The translations under genes were made by a program, and so were the position numbers. DNA of 64,000 bases, taken from Dehalococcoidia bacterium (GTDB taxonomy: Bacteria > Chloroflexota > Dehalococcoidia > Bin125). Where the stretch lies: positions 1,920,001-1,984,000 of the forward strand of contig CAXXSR010000001.1 of the NCBI GenBank assembly GCA_963662615.2, in the 5' to 3' direction. Below are positions 1-9,570 of this stretch, in pieces; the first letter of the stretch is position 1; each line of letters begins with the position of its first letter. Under the pieces are notes generated by a model, which was given only the letters and a program-made list of their open reading frames with translations, had not been told where the DNA came from and did no database searches.

Positions 1-665
1 GGTGGAGCGCTCACGCCGGCGCCGGGAGCAAAGTCGACAGTGACCGCACGTACGTTCAGCGGGCTCGTCAGCAGATCGTCGGGGTAGGTCCGGAGTTCAT
101 TCGTCAGGTCGGCCGCGGGCGCAGTGGAGCTGATTAGCGTGACACCTTCCGCGGGACGAACCACGATCTCGCGCCAGCCTAGGCGATCGCCGAAATTGTC
201 ATCGCGGTATTCCAGGGAGAGCCGCTCAGCGACCGCCGGCGCTTCAAAGGTAAGGACGAGCCTGAGAGTCTTGAGCCCGGCCTGGCCGCTAGGAAAGCTG
301 AGTTCGTGGGAGAGGAGAGCGAGCGGAAGGGACGACCCCTCTGCGACAAGATGGAGCCCGCCCCTGAGCTCGACCGCCTTGGCCGAGAGGTAGGCGCGCC
401 GCTCGGCGTCGCTCACGCGGCCGTCGGCGTTCGTGTCGATGGCGTCCATCTCTTGGAACGTGGGGATCTCCGCCATGTCGACGATGTAGCGGACACGGAT
501 CACATCGGCATAGAGGTCGAGACGGCTGTAACTGTTGATGGTGAAGTTGCCCAAGGGATGCGCCGCCGCGCGGGCCGGCTGGATGAGCGAGAGGACGAAG
601 AAGGCGACGAGCCCCAGCAGCGCCGCCGCGCCCACGAGCCTCCAGGGCCAAGTTCCGCTTCGCAT
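1..665 (-). CDS. Ni/Co transporter-like (HoxN/HupN/NixA-RcnA type) protein, N-terminal extracytoplasmic part; runs off left edge
   Basis: Not in ORF track. Manual translation from ATG 665 gives MRSGTWPWRLVGAAALLGLVAFFVLSLIQPARAAAHPLGNFTINSYSRLD..YIVDMAEIPTFQE..GQAGLKTLRL..DRLGWREIV. Signal peptide plus HPLGNF motif typical of this family; directly downstream of the TPR gene. Confidence 0.7.
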   Translation of the reverse strand, partial: MRSGTWPWRLVGAAALLGLVAFFVLSLIQPARAAAHPLGNFTINSYSRLDLYADVIRVRYIVDMAEIPTFQEMDAIDTNADGRVSDAERRAYLSAKAVELRGGLHLVAEGSSLPLALLSHELSFPSGQAGLKTLRLVLTFEAPAVAERLSLEYRDDNFGDRLGWREIVVRPAEGVTLISSTAPAADLTNELRTYPDDLLTSPLNVRAVTVDFAPGAGVSAP

Positions 666-668
666 GGC

Positions 669-1985
669 CTACTGCGCCCGTACCGACGACTGCAGCGTGC
701 GGAGGAGGCGGTCCGCCTCATCCCGGTACAGCCAAGAGAAATGAGGGTTGAGTTCCGTCGTCCGCTCCAAGTAGCCGCGGGCCTCGTCGTCGTCTCCAAG
801 CGCGTAGTGGATCATCCCGGCGTGGAAGAGCATGCGGGCGTCCTTGGTGCCCAGCCGTAGCGCCTCCCGGGCGTAGTCCAGCGCCTCCGCGTGCCGGCCT
901 CTCTTGTAGAGAGCCCAGGCGAGCGCGTCGGCGGCCTGAATGCTGGGACGGTCTTCGTAGACCGCGCGGGCTTGCAGCAGCGCCTCGTCCAGGCGCACGT
1001 CATGGTCGGCGAAGAAGAGGGCCATCTGCAGATCCGTGTTGATGCCGTTGGCCTTGTAAAGCTGGTCGATGGCGTCAACCAGCGCGTATTGCCTGGCAGC
1101 CTCTTCCACGCGCCCGGCGACCTGCAAGATGTCCCCGAACGCGATGACGTACTCAGGCGTCGGATAACGGGCGACGACGTCGCCGTAGAGTGCGACGGCC
1201 TCGTCGTATTCGGAGCGCGCGGCGCGGACGTTGGCCAGGCCGGCGAGCGCATGGACGTAAGTCGGAACCGCCTCCAAGGCGTGGTTGTACGCCGTCTCGG
1301 CTGCACGCAAGTCACCGGTCTTGAAGTAGAAATGCCCGAGCTGCACGCGGGCCCAAGCCGAGTTCTCGGGGAGACGGCCGCCGTCGATCCGCACCGCGTT
1401 CCGCCACATCAGCTCGGCCCCCTCAAGGTCGCCGCGCAACTCAAGGAGATAGGCGAAGCGGCTGAACGACGCGAGGCCCGGCGCCATGCCCGTCATCGTG
1501 TTGTAGGACTCTGCCCCCTCTTCGTATTTGCCCAAGGCGAGTTGGGCGTCGCCCAGAACCGCATATCCAAACGGCTTGCAGGGGCGAAGGGCGACGGCTC
1601 TTTCGGCGAGCGTCAACGCGTCGGCAAATTCATGCTGGGCGCCGTAGACCAGCGAGAGCTGCACCAGCGCCTCATAGTTCTCGGTGGGCAATGATTCGAG
1701 CGAGGCCGTGAGCGCCGCTTCGGCTCGATCGTAGTCGCCAACGTCGCCGGTCTGGCGCGCTCGCCGGATATACGCGTCCGCCAGCTTGTTGTAGCTAATG
1801 AAGTCGCGCGGGTCGCGCTGGGCCCGCTGGCGCCAGAAACGGATCGTGGCATCGATCGTCGCGGTGGAGTCGACCGAAACGTCGGCGGAGGTCGGCTTCG
1901 GATCCGAACCTCCGCAGCTCGCCAGGAGAAGCGCGAGGGCGAGAGCCGCCAGCACACCTCCGAGGATCGACCCACGCTTCGCCAA
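669..1985 (-). CDS. TPR-repeat lipoprotein
   Basis: Multiple TPR helices. A TTG start at 1985 (GGAGG upstream) gives MAKRGSILGGVLAALALALLLASC with a lipobox; the ORF-track start at 2255 overlaps the upstream gene. Confidence 0.8.
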   Translation of the reverse strand: MAKRGSILGGVLAALALALLLASCGGSDPKPTSADVSVDSTATIDATIRFWRQRAQRDPRDFISYNKLADAYIRRARQTGDVGDYDRAEAALTASLESLPTENYEALVQLSLVYGAQHEFADALTLAERAVALRPCKPFGYAVLGDAQLALGKYEEGAESYNTMTGMAPGLASFSRFAYLLELRGDLEGAELMWRNAVRIDGGRLPENSAWARVQLGHFYFKTGDLRAAETAYNHALEAVPTYVHALAGLANVRAARSEYDEAVALYGDVVARYPTPEYVIAFGDILQVAGRVEEAARQYALVDAIDQLYKANGINTDLQMALFFADHDVRLDEALLQARAVYEDRPSIQAADALAWALYKRGRHAEALDYAREALRLGTKDARMLFHAGMIHYALGDDDEARGYLERTTELNPHFSWLYRDEADRLLRTLQSSVRAQ

Positions 1986-2055
1986 CGCGTCCACCCTCCG
2001 GCTCACAGGCTCTCGCCCCACGCTTCGACGTTCGTACGTCGCCCGATTCACCTCC

Positions 2056-3442
2056 CTAGGGCAGCTCAACCTGGATCGTCGTCGCTCGGGAGGTGAGGAC
2101 GAAGAACCCCATGCCTCGCGTGATCTCGATGGTGGGTCGGATCCCGGACGGCAGCTCTTCCGTGTCCAGGATGTACTGTCCCGTGCTCGAATCGAACGTC
2201 CAGATCCGCAGGATTGCGGGGTTGGCAGCCAGCAGCTCCGCCGACGTCGTGTCACGCCCGAACCAGCCCACCAAGCTCAAGCCGCTGGGGAGCGACATAC
2301 TAACGACGACCGCCGGCTGGTGGGGTGGCGCCAGGTACGGGAACGAGTCGAGGAAGGGCACGTCGTTGGCGTCAATGGCGTCGCCGACCGTGCGATCGAG
2401 CACCAGCGCCAGGGCGATATCGATGACGTCGTCGGTGAGCGTCCGGCCGTTGAGGTTGGGGAAGTCGACCGGCTTGGAGAAGTCGATCGTCACGACATCA
2501 GGCAGAACAGCCGCCGCAACACCCCCGGCAGACACGTCTCCGAGCGGTCCCCCATCTGGGGCCGGCAGCACCGCATCGACGGCGTCACGGAGCCGCTGGA
2601 TCTCGTCGGTCGCCGCGGCGAGGAAGGCCTCGACGTCGTTGACCGGGTCGCCTTGATTGTACGTGTCCTTGCTGCCACTGGGCACGGCGGCGGTATTGAT
2701 GGCGGGGATCGCCATCCGATCGATCCGCACGCCGCCACGTGAAGTGGTCGCCCAGGCCCGGATCACGCCGGTGTCGGAGGTGGCTTCGCCGGTGAGCGCC
2801 GTAATCGGCAACTCGACCACGATCGCGGAGACGTTGAGGCCCGCGAGGGTGTCCGATGGCGTCTCGCCCGCCGGCCGCAGGCCCGCGGCGGGAACGAACG
2901 GCGCCGCGACGAAGTTGTTGAACCCGACGAGGTCGAAGAAGAAGGGGTCATCGCGCTGGCCGGCGAACACCTTGACCCCGCCGGCCTCGGTGATGATGGG
3001 GGCCGGTGCAGTCGGGTCCGTAGAAGGCGGCGTCACCGGGCCGCTCATCTCGAGCCCGAGGGCGGCAACGGTCAGGGTGAACTCCAGGGGGTCGCCGCCG
3101 AAGGTGACGGTGACCGTGGCATCCGCGACGAAGTCTGCCGTGTTGTCCACGTGGATCTCGTAGGCCACGTCGGTGGCGAAGTTCCTGGTGTCGTTCTCTG
3201 GCGGCGCGGTCAGTGGGTTGACCGTGAGAGCGACCACCAGATTGTCGGGGTTCTCGGGACTGCGGAAGGCGTAGATGTCGTTTATGTCCGCCTGGGGGTC
3301 AGCGAGAACACCTGGCGCCTCGGCGTGATCGGCCCCTTCCAACAGACCCGTCAACCAGATGGTGATGACGGTGGCAGCGATCCCCAGCCCAACGAGCAGG
3401 ATTCAGCGGGGTCCGGGGCGTGACTCGACTCAGGACTCGCAT
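2056..3442 (-). CDS. DUF4331 family secreted protein, apparent 1-nt frameshift in signal peptide
   Basis: Motifs ADHAEAP, DINDIYAF, FAGQRDDPFFFDL, DRMAIPAIN, NGRTLTDDVID. ATG 3442 with GGAGG reads MRVLSRVTPRTPL and needs a shift near 3403 to join ILLVGLGIAATVITIW. Confidence 0.8.
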
Positions 3443-3501
3443 CGGTTTCCTCCGTCTCATGGTGGGACGCGAGCGCGTCGTGCGGCGCGGTCCCGCCGGT
3501 A

Positions 3502-3528
3502 GTTCGGTTGAGACGACCGGCCGGATCA
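3502..3528 (-). promoter_or_regulatory. SigK-type ECF promoter TGATCC-N15-CCGAAC
   Basis: Resembles the mycobacterial SigK consensus CCATCC-N15-CCGAAT; lies ~60 nt upstream of the DUF4331 start and right after rskA. Confidence 0.6.
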
Positions 3529-3548
3529 CAAGGCTCAAGGGAGTGACG

Positions 3549-4265
3549 TCAGAACTCTTCCAGCGGGGCCACGATCAAGGGATCGCTCGTGGGCTGCTCG
3601 CTCCCGCCCGAGGGCTCCTCGCTAAGCGCTATCGCCGTCGTCAGATCGCGCTCAAGCGAGACAACGATGCGCGCCACACCGTCCGCGCTGGCATTGAAGA
3701 TGCCGGCGGACGCCGCCCCTTCAGGCCCAATCGTCCAAACCTGATAGACGCGATCGGCCGGAAGTGGCGACAGTCCCCGAAATTGGAGTACGGCAAGGGC
3801 TTCGCTTTCAAGGAAGAGGACGCGCCCGCTTGCTCCGGAGGCGCCTTCGAATTCGTAAACCACAGGAACGGCGGCGGCGCCGTCGTCCGACACCTGCAAG
3901 ACGACGTTCCAGCTCAGCAGCCCGATTGCGAGCAGGGCCAGGGCAGCGGCCACGGCGACCGCATTGAGGCGGATGCGTCCCAAGGAGGGTCGACGCCCGG
4001 TGGCGATCGTTGTCGGCTGATGGCTGATCCCAGGGGCCGGGCCCGCCTCTCCCGAGACGGCGTCCAGCAGTCGGTCCCGCAGCGCCGGTGGCGGCGTGCG
4101 CTCCGGCGTCGAGGCGGCGAGGCTGAGCGCGGCCGCCCGCAGCGCCACGACGTCCTCGTGAGCGTCGCAGCTTGAGAGGTGCCTGAGCAGCTCGTGGTGG
4201 GCGTCAGGGGGTAGCGCGCCGAGCGCGAATGCGCCCAGGAGATCCTCTACCTCAGCGCACGTCAC
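3549..4265 (-). CDS. rskA: Anti-sigma factor, RskA family
   Basis: LLGAFALGAL N-terminus, HLSSCDAH ZAS-like motif, PPPALRDRLL, one TM helix, YQVW..SAG..ALSEEPSGGSEQPT C-terminus. Confidence 0.85.
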   Translation of the reverse strand: MTCAEVEDLLGAFALGALPPDAHHELLRHLSSCDAHEDVVALRAAALSLAASTPERTPPPALRDRLLDAVSGEAGPAPGISHQPTTIATGRRPSLGRIRLNAVAVAAALALLAIGLLSWNVVLQVSDDGAAAVPVVYEFEGASGASGRVLFLESEALAVLQFRGLSPLPADRVYQVWTIGPEGAASAGIFNASADGVARIVVSLERDLTTAIALSEEPSGGSEQPTSDPLIVAPLEEF

Positions 4266-4893
4266 TGCTTGTTCTCGCTTTCAGCGCTTCGCGCAACTTC
4301 TCAAGTCCCAGTCGCAGCCGGCTCTTGACTGTGCCCAATGGGAGTTCCAGCCGTTCCGCGATCTCCACGTGGGTGAAACCGTCGAAGTAGGCCAGTTCAA
4401 TGACGCGGCGCTGGTCGTCGGGCAGCAGATCCATGCTGCGGTGCGCCGCGGCGCCGTCCAGCGTGGCGATGGCCGCGGCGGCGACGTCCACCTCGTCCAG
4501 CGCGTCGACTTCCGGCTGCAGCGACACCTCGTGCACTGCCCGCTTCCGGCGCGCCCGCGCAGAGTCGATAGCGCGCCGGTGGACGATGGTCAGGAGGAGT
4601 GCGGCGACGCTCCCGCGCTCCGAGTCGAGCCGGTCGCTCTGTCGCCAAACAGCGAGGAACGCATCTTGGACCACGTCTTCCGCTTCCGGTCCGTCCCCAA
4701 GAATCCGGTAGGCGAGGCCGAAGGCCCGGCGACCCAGCGCCTCGAACAGGAGGGGCATCGCCTGGGGATCGCGGCGCCGGAGGAGCTCAATGAGCTTCTC
4801 GACGTCCTGATCGGTAGTTCCGCCAGCGCCGGGCATCGGATCACTCGCCTTCGCGCGTATGGGCGGCAAGGTTATCGCCTGGAGCCTCTCCAT
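4252..4893 (-). CDS. sigK: ECF sigma-70 factor, SigK-like
   Basis: AEDVVQDAFLAVWR (region 2) and LAYFDGFTHVEIAERLELPLGTVKSR (region 4); overlaps rskA; start could be 4893 or 4836. Confidence 0.85.
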   Translation of the reverse strand: MERLQAITLPPIRAKASDPMPGAGGTTDQDVEKLIELLRRRDPQAMPLLFEALGRRAFGLAYRILGDGPEAEDVVQDAFLAVWRQSDRLDSERGSVAALLLTIVHRRAIDSARARRKRAVHEVSLQPEVDALDEVDVAAAAIATLDGAAAHRSMDLLPDDQRRVIELAYFDGFTHVEIAERLELPLGTVKSRLRLGLEKLREALKARTSSDVR

Positions 4894-5796
4894 TTCCAGG
4901 TGGCGCACCGAGGCTGAGCCGCGATCGGTAACGTCTGACCCGGCGCGCAGGTAGCGGGCGGTCCCCCTCCTTGAGGCGCCGCTGGCGTTGCATTTAGTGT
5001 CCGTGGCCCACCGGACTACCCCGTCGACGGTCCGCCTCGCCTGCGGAGGGTCGCGGGTTCGACCGGCGGCCCTAGAGCGGTAGACACTTCGGCGGCGGCG
5101 GACAAGGCACGGCCGCGACGTACGGGCAAGCGCGCTCGAGAAACTTGCGGACGAGCAAGCGGAGCATGTGGGGTAGCAGCGCGCTAACCGGTGGGGGCGA
5201 AGGCCGCGGCGCTTGGCGGCTGCAACCACAACGTCGGCGCGTCTACGCGGACCCAATAAGCTCCCCCGTGGACGAGGGGCGCGAGGTCGTTCAGCGTTGC
5301 CGGGCGGCCTGGCGCAAAAGATGTGAAGGCCTGCGAGGCGGCGTCGAACGCGAACGTGACGGTGAGGGCGTCGCCCAGCAACGAGAACGCCTCGAGCGGA
5401 TTCATCCTCGGGGGGCCGGTCCACGTCAGCAGATTGAAGCCTGACTCCAGCTGATGCGGGCCGGGCTCTCCGATCAGCGGCTGGTCCCAGACGATCGGTT
5501 CGGCGACGCGCAGCCAGAGTGCCGATCCTCGCGCGATGTGGTCGAGTGAATTGAGGAAGCTCGGAGCCGAGGCGTTCCAGATCCGGTAGGACTGACGAGT
5601 GGCATCGAAATTAGCTGCCGCTACCGTCTGATCCACGATCGAGGCGATGGCGTCATCGAACGGGGTCGCCAGCCCCGTCCAGCCGACAAGGTTCCATCCC
5701 TCCACCAACGAGACAGGTCGCTTCACACGCCGGGCAGAAGCAGGCGCGGCGGCGGCTGGAGCGATCGGGACGGTTTCGTTGCTGTCGGCCGCGGGC

Positions 5797-5859
5797 GCCG
5801 TTGGCTCGGCCGCAGGCGCCGTTGGCTCGGCCGCAGGCGCTGTTGGCTCGGCCGCAGGC
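5797..5859. repeat. 21-bp tandem repeat x3 (GCCGTTGGCTCGGCCGCAGGC) encoding PAAEPTA
   Basis: Directly visible; one mismatch in the third copy. Confidence 0.9.
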
Positions 5860-5967
5860 GCGGCGGCGGCGGGGGTAGTCGGTGCCGTCGGGGCGGCGGC
5901 GGCCGGTGCAGTCGGGGCAGGTTCTTCGCTCTCGCCGCCGCAGGCAGCGAGGAGGAGGGCGAGGGCG

Positions 5968-6026
5968 GTGGCGAAGACGGTGGCGAAGCGGTGGCGAAGA
6001 CGGTGGCGAAGACGGTGGCGAAGGCG
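5968..6026. repeat. 12-bp tandem repeat x5 (GTGGCGAAGACG), second unit 11 bp
   Basis: Units at 5968, 5980 (11 bp), 5991, 6003 and 6015; encodes VFAT on the minus strand. Confidence 0.9.
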
Positions 6027-6084
6027 GGGGCCCGGGGACGTCTATGCAGGTGCTGCCGCCTGCGCGGTGTCAAAACCTCATCCG

Positions 6085-6170
6085 CTGTCAGGTCGCGGGG
6101 GACGGCGATGCGGCGCCAGATTGGAGGGTCCACGTTACTCGGTGTGACCTGGAGTTCACAGACCTCCCGG
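6085..6170 (-). pseudogene. N-terminal remnant of pRiA4b ORF-3-like protein
   Basis: ELQVTPSNVDPPIWRRIAVPRDLT matches the family N-terminal motif (LxVTLxxxxPPIWRRxxVP); the rest is absent. Confidence 0.5.
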
Positions 6171-6262
6171 CCGTACCTGGCGTCGTGGTTCGTCGTCACA
6201 CCGTGCTCGCACCTCGCGGATGCCACCAGGAGAGCGTATCCCGTCCCCGCGGCTCCGACAGT

Positions 6263-6610
6263 TCAGGCAGGGGCCGATGGGGTTGTGAGACACCACAGCC
6301 CCCGCCGATGCTCCAGGTGGCCATCGACGTACGCCTGTCGGGGCCGCCGTCGCGGCGGGGCGCCAGCGGGCGATCCAGGTACCGTCGCGCTGATCCCGAA
6401 GACGCGGGCGGTCCATTGCACCGTGGCAGCAACTCCCTCATGCAGCCAGTCCTGGAGAGGGAACAGCTCGCGCCCGGCAAGCGTGATCAGGATGGTGGCG
6501 CCGCCGGCCCCCAGGAGGTAGTACGGGAGCCATGCGCCCGCGCGCCAGAAGAAGAACGCTCCGCACACCCATGCCGCAGTCAAGACCCCGAGGATCATGA
6601 TCTCCGTCAT
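6263..6610 (-). pseudogene. Exosortase XrtG-like membrane protein, truncated
   Basis: MTEIMILGVLTAAWVCGAFFFWRAGAWLPYYLLGAGGATILITL resembles the XrtG N-terminus; ATGA-coupled to the QueD-like gene as in XrtG clusters; catalytic Cys/Arg/His region is lost or degenerate. Confidence 0.5.
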
Positions 6611-6999
6611 GGGGGTGAGACCCGGATGGAGCTGGACGGGTTTTCCCACAGGGTCACCGCGGTCAGCTCGGGGCCGCGAGGGAAGCGCTGCGCTACGGCG
6701 ACGCTGAGGTCACGGAATATCACCGCGGCGATGTTCTCGCCGGTAGGTCGGATCACGGTGAACGGCTCGACCTCATTGATGAACCGTTTCGCATAGCGCC
6801 GCGCTTGCAGCTCGAGCAGATCTGAGACTTCCCGGTACCCGATGATCATGCCGCTGTCGTCCACGGCGCTGGCAACGAAGGTCGCCTGAATCCGAAACGA
6901 GTGCACATGCTGATCACCGTCCGGGCGCATGGCGTGGGACGCGCCAAAGAATGAGTCAATTGCGACCTCAAAGGAGAGGCCCGCAGTAATGGCACTCTG
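6607..6999 (-). CDS. 6-pyruvoyl-tetrahydropterin synthase/QueD-related protein (start unclear)
   Basis: FEVAIDSFFGASHAMRPDGDQHVHSFRI...INEVEPF..PTGENIA..VTLWENP (T-fold metal His motifs); no in-frame start upstream of the conserved N-terminus. Confidence 0.7.
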   Translation of the reverse strand, partial: QSAITAGLSFEVAIDSFFGASHAMRPDGDQHVHSFRIQATFVASAVDDSGMIIGYREVSDLLELQARRYAKRFINEVEPFTVIRPTGENIAAVIFRDLSVAVAQRFPRGPELTAVTLWENPSSSIRVSPP

Positions 7000-7392
7000 A
7001 TCGCGTCCGCGATCGACGCGGACTTCGCGCGGCCGCCCGAGCCCGAGCCGACCCTCTCAGGCGCGACCGCGTGCGGCTGAGGCGCGCTGCTTCCGTTGTT
7101 GAAGGGCTGATCCGGGGCTCCCGGCACCATGAGCAGCGACACCACGCCACGGCCGAACTCCGCGACCATGCGGCGTCTCCCGCTGCATCACAGCCCGTGA
7201 GTCAGAGGACGTTGGCAAACCGGTTGCTACGGTTCGCAGCCAGGCCGAGGGCTCTACTGTTGGGGATCTACTTAGGCTCGGCACGGCAACAACGGGGATA
7301 TCCCTGGAGCAATTCACTATTCCGCCTGGGATAGTTGTATTTCAAGGGCCAGAGGAGGCGCCCGGCAAGCCGAAGGGCTAGGCCAGACGGTC

Positions 7393-8857
7393 ATGCAGCG
7401 ATCCGCTACGTTCTTGCCGCCGGCGCCACTGACATCGCGCCGATGGGTGCGGGCGATGCATGCGCTCGCGCTGCTCAGCGTCGCGGTCAGCACCTACTAT
7501 CTGACCTGGCGCGGCCTCTCCACGCTCGACACGGACGTGCCGGCGTTGGCCGGGGTGCTCTACGTTGCTGAAATCTACATCTTCCTGAGGCTCGTCGGAT
7601 TCTTGGTCGTCACTTGGGAGACCGACAGGCACGCGCCTTTCGCCCTGCGCGACGATGCGTCGGTCGATGTGTTCATTACGACCTACGACGAGCCGGCGGA
7701 CATCGTGCGCGCCACCGCGCTCGGCGCGCTCGCGATGGAGCATCCCCACCGGACCGTCATTCTGGATGACGGTCGCCGCAAGGAGATCCGCGCCATCGCG
7801 GCGGAGCTAGGCTGCGACTATCTCACGCGTGCGGACAACACGGGCCACAAGGCGGGCAATCTCAACAACGCGCTGCAACACTCCAGCGCGGACTTCATTG
7901 CCGTCTTTGACGCCGATCACGTGCCCCAGCAAGCGTTCCTCCGGCGAACCCTAGGCTACTTCGTGGACCCGGCCATGGCGCTGGTCCAGACGCCACAGGA
8001 GTTCTACAACCGCGACTCCCGACAGCATCCGGACGCGGCGTCGGCGTGGCACGAACAGACGCTCTTCTACCGCGTCATCCAAGCGGGGAAGAATCAGAGC
8101 AATTCGGCGTTCTGGTGCGGATCGTGCGGCGTTCTCAGGCGTGCGGCCTTGGACAGCATCGGCGGTGTCGCCAGCGAGTATCTCACCGAGGATCTGCACA
8201 CCACGCTTCGTCTGCACCGTGCCGGCTGGAAGACGTTCTATCACCGTGAGCCGCTGGCCTACGGCATCGCTCCGGACGATTTTGCAGCCTTCCGGACGCA
8301 ACGGCTGCGGTGGGGACGAGGCACCATGCAGATTCTGCGCACGCGAGAAAATCCCGCGGTCGCGCGGGGTCTCACGGTCTGGCAACGGATCAGCTACCTC
8401 TCCTCCATGCTGACCTATTTCGATGCGCACATCCGCTTGGTCCTCCTCACCTTTCCCGCCCTCGTGCTCCTCTCTGGCCTCAGCCCCATGGCGACCTCAG
8501 CCCCGGAATTCTTCCTCCGCTTCGCACCCCATCTCGTCTTGAGCGTCGTGGCGGCGACCCTCGCGCAGCGAGGCGCCAATCGCATCGTCTGGTCGGAGCG
8601 CTTCGCGGTCGCGCGAATGTTCATCTTCCTTCGCGCCAGCGTGACCCTCGTGACCGGCGGCCGGCGGTTCGGCGTTCACGGTCACGCCCAAGGTTGCTTC
8701 CGTGTCGGCGGGCGGCACCGCAGGAGTGCGATTCACCGAGGCGACGCAATCCACGCGGGACAAGCTGACGCTCGCGCTGGTGACGGCAGGCGCGGCCGAT
8801 CAAGATCGCGAATCAACGGCGGCATGGCGCCAGATTGAGCGAACGAGGGCGGCATAG
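7393..8857 (+). CDS. GT2 processive glycosyltransferase, cellulose synthase BcsA-like, with frameshift near 8672
   Basis: ILDDG, HKAGNLNNAL, VFDADHVP, QTPQEFYN, FWCGS, TED, QRLRW. The conserved FTVTPK follows in the +1 frame at 8675; no PilZ domain. Confidence 0.85.
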
Positions 8858-8869
8858 GGCGGCCGCCTG

Positions 8870-9545
8870 ATGACACAACTCGGCGACCGCTTGCCACCCC
8901 TCCCGCTTGTCTGTCAGCGGACGCTCGCGCCGGCCGAGGATTCCGACACGGGCGCACGCGATCTGGCGGCGGTCGTTGCTGGGGACGTGCGGATGTCGCT
9001 TGAGACCATCCGGGTTGCCAACTCCGCATACTTCGCGCGGCGGGAGCCGGCCGTTTCCGTAGCGGACGCTGTGGTGACGATTGGAATTGACAACGCACGG
9101 CACATTGCGCTGGGCGCGGCGCTCCTGTCGACGTTTCGCGGCGTCAGGGATCATCTCGATCAGAAGGATCTCTTGCGCCTGGGGATGTCCGTAGCGAGGC
9201 ATTGGCGACCTCTCGGCGACCATGCGGCCACCGCGGGGATCCTGCAACACGCCGGGCTGCTGGCAATGGCGACCGCGCAGGAGCAGTTTCACGCCTATGC
9301 CGCCGCCGTTCCTGCAACCAGCGACTACGAGTCGTTGCACGACCGCGAGCGAGAGCTTTTTGGAGGGACGCGCTGCGATCTTCACGTGCGCCGTTACTGA
9401 ATACTGGAACCTCCCGCGCTCGGTGGTGGACATCCTCCGCTCCTGGCATCTTTGCGGGGCCGCTCACTCCGCGCTCTATGTGCCCTATGTGGATGCGGCG
9501 TCTACCGTTGCGTCACCGCTGCTGCAGGCGGTCACGCGCAGGTAG
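8870..9545 (+). pseudogene. HDOD domain protein, frameshifted near 9372
   Basis: LPPLPLV..DLAAVVAGD..IRVANSAYF..VSVADAVVTIG..TAGILQHAGLL; continues in another frame as EYWNLPRSVVDILRSWH. Confidence 0.7.
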
Positions 9546-9570
9546 GCCGGAACCCGTGGCGGGCAGCGGC

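Larger units (their letters stand above)
5184..6030 (-). pseudogene. Lipoprotein with Pro/Ala linker and two copies of a GWNLVGW module; frameshifted in signal region
   Basis: The frame of ORF 5184..5726 extends upstream through PAAEPTA repeats to FATVFATALALLLAACGG (lipobox); it is broken by an 11-bp unit in a 12-bp tandem repeat. Confidence 0.65.

Noticed and set aside
4894-5424. N-terminal extension of the sigma factor ORF to 390 aa
   Set aside because: Low-complexity Arg-rich text overlapping another gene; the sigma domain starts near 4893/4836
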